From Polymyxa betae A26-41 (Eukaryota; Protista; Endomyxa: Phytomyxea), in assembly GCA_003693705.1 (NCBI GenBank), contig RBZT01000656.1:1-64000 (forward strand): DNA of 64,000 bases. Direction: 5' to 3'. Position numbers and translations under genes: made by a program. Positions 37,214 to 49,642 of the stretch are shown piece by piece. Numbering within the stretch: position 1 is the first letter of the stretch; every line of letters begins with the position of its first letter. The notes below the pieces were generated by a model. The model had not been told where the DNA came from and did not search any database. It saw only the letters and a list, made by a program, of their open reading frames with translations.

Positions 37214-37973
37214 ATGCGTCGTCTATTTTCTCCGAGATCGTCCAAATCCAAGACGCTTGCTAGCAAGCATGGCGATGGCAGGAACGCTCCTCCATCGACT
37301 CCTGTCTCGTCCTATCATAACCGCCTTCGCCACTTCTCCTTAGTGATGGAATAGTATTTGGATCTGGCCGTCCTTGGCGACCCCTCTGAATCTTTGATAG
37401 TCAGAAGCTATTGGAAGCGACTCCATCGGGCATGTACATCGTCCCCGATCTAGACAATTTCAGAATCTGGCATGGTGTTATATTCGTTCGAACTGGAATC
37501 TATCGGAAGGGAATCTTCAAGTTCATCGTGCAGTTTTTGGACTCGTTTCCAGAGACGCCACCAACGATCCAATTCTCATCGAAGGTCTTCCATCCATTGA
37601 TTGATCCAGAGAATGGCACGCTCGATCTTACTCCTTTCAAGAAATGGCAACCCAACGACCATGTCGTTGACATTCTATCTTATCTGAAGTTGTCTTGGCA
37701 ATAGTCAATCTGATATATTTTGATTAACCTTACAGGTCGGTGTTTCGCGAAACGGAGCTTTGGAGATCAGACCTGAAGATTTTCAATATCCAAGCGCATT
37801 CATTATGGCAAAACGATCCTGTAGCCTTCCAGCAACGTGCGGACGCCTGCGTCAGGTTGAGTCTTGATCGCGTTTACATCAACGAATCGAAGTCCAGCAT
37901 ACATTTCAGTAGACCAATTCCCGAGCATGATCGCCTGCTTGATCGCATTCGCAACCAGGATCCGGTCATATAA
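37214..37973 (+). CDS. AKTIP: AKTIP/FTS-like ubiquitin-conjugating enzyme variant
   Basis: PSGMYIVP..WHGVIFVRTGIYRKGIFKF...VFHPLIDPENGTLDL; Asp replaces the catalytic Cys. Confidence 0.8.
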
Positions 37974-38234
37974 ACTTGCTTAATACAGAGTCGCTATCTG
38001 TCTCGTTATTCGCCTTGTAGTAGCCCTAAACTCTCTCAATCTTGTATGGTCCTATCTATAAGATAACAAAGCTGTGCCTTTCAACAGGTTGTATGAATAA
38101 CATGTAACGTAACCCATAGTGAATATTCAATGATAATAAAGAGACAGAGACACCAAACGTCGTCTCTAATTGATGTATTTTGGCAGCATTCATTTCGTAT
38201 TATCGAGGCGAACTGCGTGCACGACTGCCGGCCC

Positions 38235-40619
38235 ATGCCGCCCGACGTTGATGTCGGGACGTACAGGAGGCTGATGCAAGAGGCTGCATTGGACGATTCC
38301 AGTGGCGTCAAGATGCTGGACTTAGTTCATTTCGTGAACAACCATGTATGGGGGTTGGCACAATGAATTTCGTCTTTATTGGGCTGAAGCCAACACATTC
38401 AGGTTGAACTTGATAGTCTCGAATTAGAGATGCTGCTGCAGTTTCTACGATCACGTTGTGAGCGTATGCTGTGTAAGCAATTCAATAGATGAACTGCTCG
38501 TATTCGTAACCATTCTAGATTCGAAAGATCGGGAAGCTACGCCGATTTATCTTTCCGTGCAGTTCGGTATTGCTAGACTAATTGCCTTGAAAGCCCACGA
38601 TCTAGAAAGATGCCTTCTGTTCTTGATTCGTTGCTCTGTTAGCTGGCCTGTTTGCCAGCAATTGCCTTCGGGACAGTCCATTACTGGTAGTAGAACTTCT
38701 TATGACTTCACCATCGGTTGTTCATTTTGTTGCAGATTTGATTGCTTCTATCGATGCAGGAATCCAGGTCCCCATTATTCAAGTAAGTCAAGTTTTGTGC
38801 TACCCAACACTGCTGTTATCTCAATGCAGTATAGAATGAAGGCGAAAGTCGTCTAATACAATTATTGGCGATTTGTTTCATTTTGACAAAGAAACCTGCA
38901 TCGGCGGTATCAATTCTATCCCAGGTCAGAGATCCTGATGAACATCTCTGTTTGTTACAATCTATTGCTCTCTATTATAAGTCGGATTCCATCTACGATT
39001 TGATATGCTGTATGCTCAATACTGTAACAATTAGGTCTCGGCTCCTTGGTGACGCGTCATTAATCGATTTGGCGTTAGAGGCCCTCAGTTCTGAACTGGA
39101 TGGGATGTCGGCCAGTACGACGCTCTATGGCTTATATTTCATGAAAGGTATTTCGCCTGTAAGCACATCATTAGGAGGTCTTTAGTTGAGCTTACAGGCT
39201 ACTTACTTTGCTGCGAGCAGCGGTTTATTGAGGCGATCGGAAATTTCAAAACTTGTCTGTCTGGAGAATATCGACGCCACGAGGCTTGCTTAATGATAGG
39301 AATCTGTTTAATTGAATCTGGAAGTTTAGATACTGCTGTAATCGCTGCACGTGTTCTTGGCTTGCATCACCTGATCTTGATCTAGGTCGATTTCTTACAA
39401 CGCGCCATACTGGACAAACGGGTTCAAGTGTTGTCAGCCTTTAACGTTGCTGTTATAAAAGAGCTTCAATGCAAACTTGAGGAAGCATCTGCAATCCAGT
39501 CTGCGATATTAGAAGTAGAATTCAATCTGTGTTCTGTTCTGTACGAATTTTAAATGGGCTTCAGGAGTGCAATAATAATTCTGAGGCGGAGGCCGGTTTT
39601 CACGAAGCTGTCATTATTCGGTTGATCAACCTCTGCTTGGCTCAGAATAAGGCTACAGATGCCTTAAAACTCGCCGAATCAGTAGATGGATGTCGTTTTT
39701 TTTCAACCCGCTACTGACGTTGTAATCAGCTTGTTTGTAAAACTCGAATATCTTTAGAGGCCGCTAGAGTACACATTTATGCACTGCTCAGCTGCAATGA
39801 CCGTTACGAGTCTGTGCTGAGCCATTGCGAGTCGTATTTGAGCATATTTTCAAATGATGTCGTCCTGCTCATGTACATGGCCGAAGCATGTTTTGTCCTG
39901 GAAAGATTTGATGACTGTATTGCGAAATGTGATCAAGCAATCGCAGCCTGCTCGCACCTCCAAGATTCGAGAAATCAACTGGGGTCGGAACCGAAAACCA
40001 AACATCCCAGTAACTGGAGATTTCTATCATGTCTGGTTGCTTTACTCACTCATATTTAGGAGTATCCGAGAACCCTGTGAGTTTTGATGTTTCCAACAGC
40101 CTAGATATCGCACAGATGAAGGTATTGTATTTATTGTCTCTTAAGTTGAAATCCAACTGTTATTTAGTCGCAGGCGTACATGAACAAAGGACTGTGTTTC
40201 GCCTGTTTGAATCGTAGCGATCAAGCCATTGCCATGATGCAGTGGGCTTTGTTCCACCATCGTACGCATGCAAAGTCTCATCGTGTCACAATAACCCTAA
40301 TCAGAGCTGTGCAGAATCCAAAGAAGCTGAATTCAACCTCTGCGTTCTCCTGATCAAGACCGGACGCGCCGATATTGGCTGCGCTCGTTGGCTGCAATAC
40401 AAAGGCATCGATTTATCGCTTTCAGGAAATGCATATAAAGAGCAGATCGATCGGATTGCTGATTCCAGTGGCTGTATTCGGCCTCGATCTCACGTTGCTG
40501 GGCATCTAACTGATGAGCAAGATCGCAATATGACCAGATTGGTCCTGGAGCAATGGATTAAAATTAGGTCTGATCACGCCTTTACAAGATCACTACAAGA
40601 AATATTGCAGTCATGTTGA
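38235..40619 (+). CDS. TPR-like helical-repeat protein; many exons
   Basis: Segments such as LLMYMAEACFVLERFDDCIAKCDQAI and EAEFNLCVLLIKTGR are joined by GT-AG introns. Confidence 0.55.
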
Positions 40620-40700
40620 CCTAAAGCACTCTGCATATTGATTATATTATTCACTGTCAACAAATCGATACACTCTTCAGTGATCTGATGGACTGGGTTG

Positions 40701-42967
40701 TAGGGTTTAGGGTTTCGAAGAAAGTCGTCTTGGTGCGTATTGCGGACCCATTCGTAATTTGTAGAAATTGCTCGGGATTCGAAGGCTGGGTATCCCCGCC
40801 TAGGCCGCCATGCAGTTCGTCCTCGATGGATTACCTGTGTATTTCCCATTCAAAACGGTGCAGGCCAGGTCGATCTGCCTCATGATAGCCGCTGATCTTC
40901 GGTCGCAGATGTATCCGGAACAGATCGCCTATATGCGCCAGCTAAAGGCAGCTCTAAATTCATCTGGTCCTGGACATTGTCTATTAGAAATGCCAACAGG
41001 AACAGGAAAGACTGTCACATTACTGGTCTCATTATATAACCGCCTTTCTATCATTCTAACGTCTCTGATGCCTCTCTATAGTCGTTCATCACCTCGTACC
41101 AGCTCCAACATCCAGCCGTCGGCAAACTCATCTACTGCACCCGGTAAGTGCTGGTCCCATGTCCAGCACTCACTAACAGCCGGGGACCAGAACCGTTCAA
41201 GAGATGGATAAAGTGATGGACGAACTCAAGGTCGTTATTGCACATCGCGACCAATGCCTATCGGCCGGTACGTCCCCGAACGGGCCCAGTATACGCGCTG
41301 CTCTAACACGCAGCTTGCAGATGGTCGTCCGATCCCGAAGCTGCTGTCGGTCTGTCTGTCATCTCGGCGCAATATGTGTATCCATCCGGAGGGTAAACGC
41401 TGATCGTCGTCGCCGCCGTCGCTGATGATGACGTTTGTCCTGTATAGTGTCGAAATTTGATAAGCGTGATAAGGTCGATGCAATGTGTAGGAATCTGACA
41501 TCCGAATGGATCCGGGCTAAACATCAGACCGATCCGGAGATCGAGGTCCAGTATTCCCCGGCGTCCGCGTGTGTGCTGACTGTGCTCAGGTCTGTACGTT
41601 CTTCGAGGAACTGGAGAATATCGGTCATGACAATCTGGATCTGTCCGGAGGTGAGGGACTGGGGTCTAGTTAGGGTTTAGGGTTTCAACGGGCTCTGATT
41701 GTTGGTCGTCTCAGTGGTGTCCCTCGATGACCTCAAGACGATCGGTGAAACCCGCAACTGGTGTCCGTACTATCTAGCGAGACATACCATCGCCCGTGCC
41801 GATATCGTCGTCTACAATTACCAGTACGACCGAATCTCTACGTTCGCTTCTGCCACTTAACGTCTGTCTAATAGATATATGATCGACCCGAAAGTATCCG
41901 GGATGGTATCGCGTGAGATCGAAGGCAACGCCATCGTCGTCTTTGATGAGGCCCACAACATCGATAACATCTGTGTGGAAGGTGACTGCTGGGGACCAGT
42001 ATGACCACGTCACGGACAGCTTCTGATCTATTTCTGCAGCATTGAGTGTCAGTCTGAACCGACGTGTCCTGATTCAATCGACGGCGAACTTGCGGAAACT
42101 GAGTAATCGGATTAAGCAGGTTGAAGCTGAAGATGCTGAAAGACTCAATCAAGAATATCAACGTCTTATTAAGGGGATCTCACAGTCAGGTACGCAACGT
42201 TACTCGGTTCATGTTTCAAGTAACGTGTTTGGGGGCATCATGCCAAACTCAGATCGCGTAGGTTTAGGGTTTTAGGAGTTTCTAATCTTTTATTTCAGAT
42301 TCTGAGGGGATCGTACATGCGAGTCCAGTATTACCAGCCGACGTCTTGAAAGATGCCGTTCCCGGTAATATTCGCAAGGCGAAGCATTTCATTATGTTTC
42401 TGAACACGATCGTACAATACTTCAAGGCACGACTGAAAGGTGTTAGGGTTTAAGGTTTCTCTTTACGTCTCCACTAACCACGACCGCGCTTCAGATCGTA
42501 TCGTGATCCAGGAAACACCTGCACAGTTCATAGCAGCATTCGAACGACATTCAGGTGAATGTGAAACAGGTTGACTGTAAACCCTAAACCCCTAACCCCA
42601 GGCAAGGAATGCGCCCATTCCAGTCGAAATCGCTGCAGTACGTGTACGACCGATTGGCGTCATTACTCCGGACACTGCAGCTGACGGATCTGGACGAATT
42701 CCGCTCCCTGCAACTAGTCGCCGATTACGCCACGCTGGTCAGTACCTATAACAAAGGTCAGTACGACCCCACGGAGGGGGGCCATCCCATCCCAGCCATA
42801 TTCATACTGGCCCGCAGGATTCGCTGTCCTCATGGAGCCTTACAACGATCGAACACCGCAGATCCCAGATCCGGTCTTACGGCTCTGCTGTCTGGATGCA
42901 TCGATCGCTCTGAAACCGGTCCTGGACAAGTTCCGGTACTGGGTTAGGGTTTAGGGTTTTAGGGTTT
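40701..42967 (+). repeat. Six short interstitial telomere-like T(2-4)AGGG tracts in the XPD promoter and introns
   Basis: Tracts at 40701-40715, 41670-41686, 42259-42276, 42443-42458, 42578-42599 (C-strand) and 42941-42967. Confidence 0.85.
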
Positions 42968-44315
42968 CCAACTCCATATTAGGAACGTCATCATCACATC
43001 CGGGACGTTATCTCCCATCGATCTGTATCCGAGACTGCTAAATTTCACTCCAAAGGTCTGTCGTCATGAAGCTGTGTGTCATTCCTGTGTCTGACGCCCA
43101 CGGGGGGGCCTGTACGCCCCTGCATAGATCTGCGAAAGTTTCCCCATGTCACTGTCTGTACAGAGGGCGAGTCTATGTCCATTGATTGTAACAAAAGGCA
43201 ACGATCAGACCGAGTTAACATCAAAATTCGATGTGCGCAAAGATATTAGTGTTGTATCTAATTATGGGAAGATGTTACTAGAACTGGTCCAGGTCTGTCC
43301 CGATGGGGTCGTCGCCTTCTTCACCAGGTCCGTACTGGTCCCTGGGGGGCGTGTTGACCATCTCCTCAGGACTAAATGGTCTGGTAGTTATCTGTATATG
43401 GAGGAGATCATGAGTGAATGGGATCGTCTGGGTATTCTCCAACAGATTCTTCATCATAAGCTGATCTTCATCGAGACCAAAGACGTCGTTGAGACCTCAC
43501 TGGCGCTGGAATCGTTCAAACGCGCCTGTGATGCAGGTCAGGACTTTGTCCGATTTGTGTCGACCGTACTGATCCCTGGTATTGTGCAGGTCGCGGTGCC
43601 GTATTCCTGTCGGTGGCGCGCGGTAAAGGTTGGTGCCGCGCCCTACTCGGGTTCCTCTCTCTCTCTCTCTCTCTCTCTGAATCATGTTCTGGTGTTATTT
43701 AGTATCAGAGGGGATCGATTTCTCCAATCATTATGGTCGTGCTGTGATCCTATTCGGGATCCCATTTCAATATACGTTGAGTCGGGTCCTGAGAGCCCGC
43801 CTCCAGTTCCTGCGGGATACCTTCAATATCCGGTCCGTGATGGCGTCCTGTCTTGTCGGCCGTACTGATCCCACGACATAGTGAGGGCGACTTCCTGTCG
43901 TTCGATGCCATGCGACAGGCATCACAATGCATCGGGCGGGTGATTCGATCCAAGACCGACTACGGACTGATGATCTTCGCCGATCAGAGGTCGTACTGGC
44001 TCTGCGCGTTGGTATTAACGTATGAGCACTGTTACTAACGCGACCATGTACAGGTACAGGCGCGCCGATAAACGCACGAAACTGCCGCGATGGATTCAGG
44101 ACGCATTGTTCCCCGAGAACATCGGACTTTCAGTCGACAGGTGATAGGGGCTGGTACGACCCACCAGTAAGTTTGATGATGTATTGTACAGAGCGCTGGC
44201 GACAGCCCGTGATTATCTGCGTCGTATGGGACAGCCGCATCGTCTTGAGGATGATCTCGGTCAGACGATCCTTGATGAGGCCATGGTCCAGGCCAGAGCT
44301 GCTTCACAATCATGA
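40810..44315 (+). CDS. ERCC2: TFIIH helicase XPD/Rad3 (about 21 introns)
   Basis: Motifs [10 protein letters not shown], four Fe-S Cys (NMCIHP, AMCRNL, VCTFFE, WCPYY), [23 protein letters not shown] and [14 protein letters not shown]. Confidence 0.95.
43655..43678. repeat. (CT)12 microsatellite in an XPD intron
   Basis: Read directly from the sequence. Confidence 0.9.
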
Positions 44316-44352
44316 TAGAAACAATTCGGTGTTTATTTATTTGATTTTGATT

Positions 44353-45502
44353 TCAGAGAAGTTCGGCTTCAGATCCATTATAGTCACTGACAGCTGAGGG
44401 CGTCACGATCCCCAAATCTGTCAACAATAACGTCACATATTCCGGGGGGGTGTAGTCCTCGACCGGCGACTCGAACTGGACCGAATCCACGGGGCTGTAC
44501 GCCGATCCGGCATGCTTGACGCCCATCCCCAGATCGCGCTGTGACAGCGGGAACACCCGCGTGAACTTGTACGATTCGGCGGCAACATAGAAGGGCCGAT
44601 TCAGGGCTTTGGCGATGATCGCCACCTGATACGTCCCGATCACATTGATCACACCGCCGTTCTCCACGATCGACGACGCCCTGCGTGACAACGTCAGCAA
44701 ACCGGATCGGCGACGAACGACGACACGGACCCGGTCAGGACCAGATCGATGCGATCCATGACGAATGCGACGGCCGAATCCCGTATGATAGTAACAGGTA
44801 TAGAGAGAGATATCAGATGATGCAGCATTCGTTCAGCCTGTGATGTCATTCGATCTTGCGATTGAACCATGATCACGGAGAACTGTTTCCCCAGACGCGA
44901 CGCCGTCTCCAGCAGCAGCGTCACGACCATGCTGTGCCCGTGGACCAGTATCACCGAATTCTCCTGGATGAACTTGACGCCAAAGTCGCAGATCTTCTTC
45001 CGCGCCGACTGGCTGTGCTCGGCGAAGCGCAGGCCGCGATCGATCAGCCGCGCCTTGCATTTGGCGAAATCCTATCGATCCATCAGCTCGGACGTTAATC
45101 CGCGGGTCGTACTCGCCCATTGGACGTACCGGGACTTCCAACGACGTTCTTGTGACGTAACGACGGAACAGATCGCACGCAGCGATCAGCGTGGTTCGTT
45201 TGCCGGCGTCGGCCATCTTCTGCATACAGACGGCGGCATCGTTTAGATCGTCCATAACGCCCATGATGGTGTTGGCTGACGAGACCGGGTCAGAGGGCGA
45301 TCCGATTAGATCCGATGGCTATTGGAAGTACCTTTAGAGGTGGCGATCACATTGGCAAGAGTAGTGACAGCCGCCACGCCGATCGCCACATCCCGATTCC
45401 GTTCGACGAATTCGGCGAAGATCTGGGAGGCTGTATGTAAGCGGTTTAGATTGCGATTGGGACGGTCAGGTCGTGGATCAGATCACCATTCACTTCTGAC
45501 AT
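44353..45502 (-). CDS. EIF2B1: Translation initiation factor eIF-2B subunit alpha
   Basis: Motifs AACDLFRRYVTRTS, ILVHGHSMVV, ENGGVINVIGTYQVA, PFYVAAESYKFTR and DYTPPEYVTLL. Confidence 0.92.
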
Positions 45503-45954
45503 CACGATTCGATGCAGCGAGGTCGGATTGGAGACCGGCCCGTCACCTGGAACAGCGCCAAAAGTCAAGTTGGCGATCTGATAATTGCAGGAGATGTGAC
45601 TCGTATAAACTCCGAGCAAATTCTCCAGAAATTTGTCACCTCGCCAAATTTCATACAACTTTCATCACACGCAAATATTCGTCAAGAAATCGTGGAATCG
45701 TGTGAATCGATTCAGTTCGATTTGCATTTGTGAATAGAGCTTCCACACTTACACAACTGTGGACAACTCCCATTATTTATCTCTCCAGCACTCAAACATT
45801 GGAATTGCAGCGAATCGCAACTGAATGCGATAGCGGATCATTCCCTGCTGTGTTCTCGTCCATCATCAGCCGCCAACTGTTTGTCGATATATGACCGATG
45901 GAATTCGAATCTCTTTTCCTTAATTAACCGATTGAAAATTGTTTATGTGTATAT

Positions 45955-48900
45955 CTATAATCTAGATAATAAATAATCAGCTGGGCGATTTGGAGCAAAC
46001 GGCTGCCGATCAATGGTATGGCTGAGCAATGACTCTGGCAGTGCCTTAGCCCTGTCTGCTTTCCGAACTGAAGGCCTGATTCGTTCTGTAGTTGGTGGAA
46101 CAGGTAATTTCAGCACTACGTCCTCTTCGTCATCTTTCTCAGCAGCCGATGCATTGTTGCTGGAGACCTGGAATTTCGCTTTTGTCTCTAAAGGCCGATT
46201 CAGAATTGCCATAATACCATCATCCTGCTTCTGTGTAGCTGTTTGTATTGCAGACGGCTTCGAAGATGGGTCGAAACGCGGCTTGATTGGGGTGTCTGGA
46301 AGCATAAGAGCTGGCGTTGAGTTTGTTGCAGCTGGTGCAGCGACGGGTTTCTTCTGCACCAGAAACTTTTCTCGTTTGTCTGTAGGCAGCTTTCGTATAA
46401 TATCTTCGATTATATCATTTGGTTGTGTCGCTTCATTCTTATTGTCGAGAGGACGAATCTCGTTTAGAACTGATTTGGATCGATCCCATTTCGATATGGC
46501 TGCAACAGAGACAGGGCGAGGTGATGGCGTCGGGGCAGACGGGCTCGGTTTTGCAGCTGGCCGCTTGAATGAAGAATATGGATCGTTGACCAGTCTGCGA
46601 AGATCGGCAAATTTGTCATCGGTTGCGAGTGTCTCAGTGGTCAGATTTATTGATGGCGGCCTTCGTGGGGATCGCTGTTTGGGCTCCGTTGCTTCCTGCC
46701 TGTCGTCAGGTAGCTCAGCTGAGGGTCGAGATTTTGGCGAGTCAGGAAGTGTAGAATCTCGTAACAAACGTAACGTTTCTCGTGATAGATCCCAGCATTC
46801 GTTGTCGTCATCCCAGACGGCGACCTGGACAACTTTCTCGACGGTTCTCGATGTCGTTAGCTGGGAGAGAATTAGTTTGTATAAATCCAAATCTCGGTTC
46901 GCTTGTCGCAATGATTCCAATGTCCTAAAACACATTGAGTGAAGACCAACAATGGATTATCGTTTACTCTTCACGTTCATATTCGTATTCTGCTTGCAAA
47001 TCTTTGATTTCGGTCAAACTATTGTTGTATTTCGCCTGCAATGTCTGCAACTTTTGTCTTGTTGCTTGCACTTCTTCTTGCAGTGTTCCGAAGTGCTCTT
47101 TCAGCATCAACTGAGGCAGAAAGTGAGCTCTATGTGATCGACTGCAGGAACTGTAACCAACCCGATCATCTTCGGCTTTCTTATGCTGAATAAGAAGCTC
47201 ATCACGATGACGCTGCTCTTGAAGCAAGCGCTCCTGTGCCTCCATCATCTGCCGTTCATGTTCCAGTTTCTGGTCCATGGATTGATTTCCGCCAGCGATA
47301 ACCTGCGACTCAAGCAACGACAGCATTTGTTGTAATCTGGCCTTCTCTGCATCGCTGGCAATCTTCTCTTGCTCCAAGTCGATCTAAATCGTCCATTAAT
47401 ATAATGAGAGGTAACATAACCCCCTAGAAATGAGTCCATTCTGATGATTAGGGCATTGGGATAATGGGGTGCCCCCATGATCGCCCCTACTGTTGTATAA
47501 CGGGAGACTATGACCCTCAGGGGCCGCAGTCAACACGGAATCCATTACCTGTCGTTGTTGGGTCTCTTGAACTTGGGCTTCTTTCGCGTCCAGAATCGCT
47601 CTGAACTCATCTAAGGTCATGGTGTGTTCAGCTTCGATCGTGTATCGCATGTCTTGCAGCTCGGAATCCAAGGCGGCGCTACGAACGGCATTTTGGTCCA
47701 TGGCCATTTCGAGCTCTTGCTGAGCGGTATCCAGGGCTTCGGCTTCATTGGGGGTCGCTTCACTGAAACATCGTGAGATTGTAGGAGCCTCGCATGAAAA
47801 TCACTACCGATGTGCTGCGAGGTTGTTTCGATCTGCTTGTACAAGATCCCATTCTTCTTGTAGGCGACGCTGCAACTCCAAAGTTCTCCCTCGTTCCTCT
47901 TCGAGCAACCGACTTTTCTCCTCGTGTTGAGCCATGATTTCCTGTTTTAATTGCAAAATCTCCCCAGCCTCTAGCTTGTATATCTCGGATACTTTTTCAT
48001 TCGATTCTTCGGGTGATTTGACAATCTGAGCAGCTGAGCCACTTGCCTGCTGCTCTAGCATAACACGCAAGCGGTTGATTTCCTCTTGATATTGCCGAAG
48101 CATGGCGTCCTTCGGATCTTCATTGATAACTGCAGAAACTCAAACCGTATTCAGGAAAACAAGTTTCTTTATCGTTACCTGGCTTATTCTTGATGTTCTT
48201 AGCTCGATTAGCATAACGCAAAGTAGTGAGTGTTTCATCGTAAGCATCTTCGCTGGGCGATATTGCAGCGAGCATTACTGTTCGGGTATTACCACCTAAA
48301 GAGTCTTGTAAGAGTCGGGTCAGCTTGCTGTCTCTGATGCCGATATCAGATTACGTGCTGTGCAGGCGTACACGAATTGCAAACCTGTATGGAACATGTT
48401 TGACCTTATTTGAACTTGTTAAAGCAGATATAACATTTCCTAAAGCCGACAATGATAGGTTGATTTTAGTCGCTTCTTTGAGGCGAAGTCCTTCAGCAGC
48501 CGTCTTGGCCTGACGTTCACTTCCGGCCAGATCTACCAGATTCAATTTGCCTGCTCGTATATGATCTTCACCGGTAACAGGATGCGTTTCCGTTGTTTCT
48601 ATAGTAATTGTAAAGATGGAATGCGATCGAGACGAATCAGCATTCATCTTTGTGAAACCAACAGAGCGATTTCTGTTTCCTTTCTTTTGTAAAGCGTCCA
48701 TCTCCTCAACCGTTGTGACAACAGTTTTGGTTAAACCTTGTACAAAGACTCCCTTCTCGGGACTTTCTTTTACTTCAAGTCGTTGCTTTGGATCATCTCC
48801 AATCAGATCCCGAACTTCTTCGTTATAGATTTCGATGTATGAAGCAAACACTAGAAACCGGCGGGATCTGTCGTTCGCAATGGTGGCAAATATGTGAGAG

Positions 48901-49347
48901 AAACACGAGGGTATTATCCCTCTCATTTCAGGTGGCGACGGCAAGCCCTCCATTGTAAAGGTTTTCCCACAACCCGTTTGACCGTATGCGAATATCGTTC
49001 CGTTATATCCTGTTAAAACTATCAATGGGAAGATGCAACGTATTTGCAAGATTACCTTCAAGAATCGAGTTCACCATTGGATAGCCAACATCCATATAGA
49101 CTAATCCATCTCATAAGCAGCATGTCAAGTTGTTACAGATGCGCCCACCTTCATTTTGTGTAGAATCAGAGTCATAGACAGCATCGAAGGTGAAAGCTTT
49201 GTCCGCTGTTGGATCACCAGCTGTTTTGAGGACCTCAATCTGACGAAGATCTTTGTGTATTTGGACACATTTGCCATATCCTGCGGTTTTCTCTCGTGAA
49301 TTGAACGGCCGACATCGGATTACAACTCTAACGGTTTCGTCGCTCAT
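45955..49347 (-). CDS. Second kinesin-2 motor (KIF3B/KIF17-like) with long Pro-rich tail; multi-exon
   Basis: Motifs [35 protein letters not shown] and [17 protein letters not shown], with tail [10 protein letters not shown]. Confidence 0.88.
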
Positions 49348-49642
49348 TCGACTACCCTCATTTGAAAGACAACAGGCGCGTGCCAGCCGTTTCCGCCACG
49401 ATTCTGTTTAATCAAGGCAAAAAATACAACTGTGCATAAGCTGATATAAGTCATATGACGTGAACGATCTGCATCCAAATGGCAAGATTGAAGATCGTTA
49501 TACGACCTTTTATAGAAAAGATGTGACAAGTGCACTTTAGCGATCTCCAATAATATTCTGTGTAGATTAAAAACAATTTCGGTGCCAGCAACAATGCAGA
49601 AGTCAAGCAACACATGGATTTGGGTTTTGACAAATCGTACAG

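Noticed and set aside
42248-42262. Possible 5-nt micro-exon in the 109-nt XPD intron
   Set aside because: Including it would break the frame; skipping gives the expected [14 protein letters not shown].
46013-46942. 309-aa plus-strand ORF
   Set aside because: Antisense shadow of the kinesin tail exon, with no ATG-led domain similarity.
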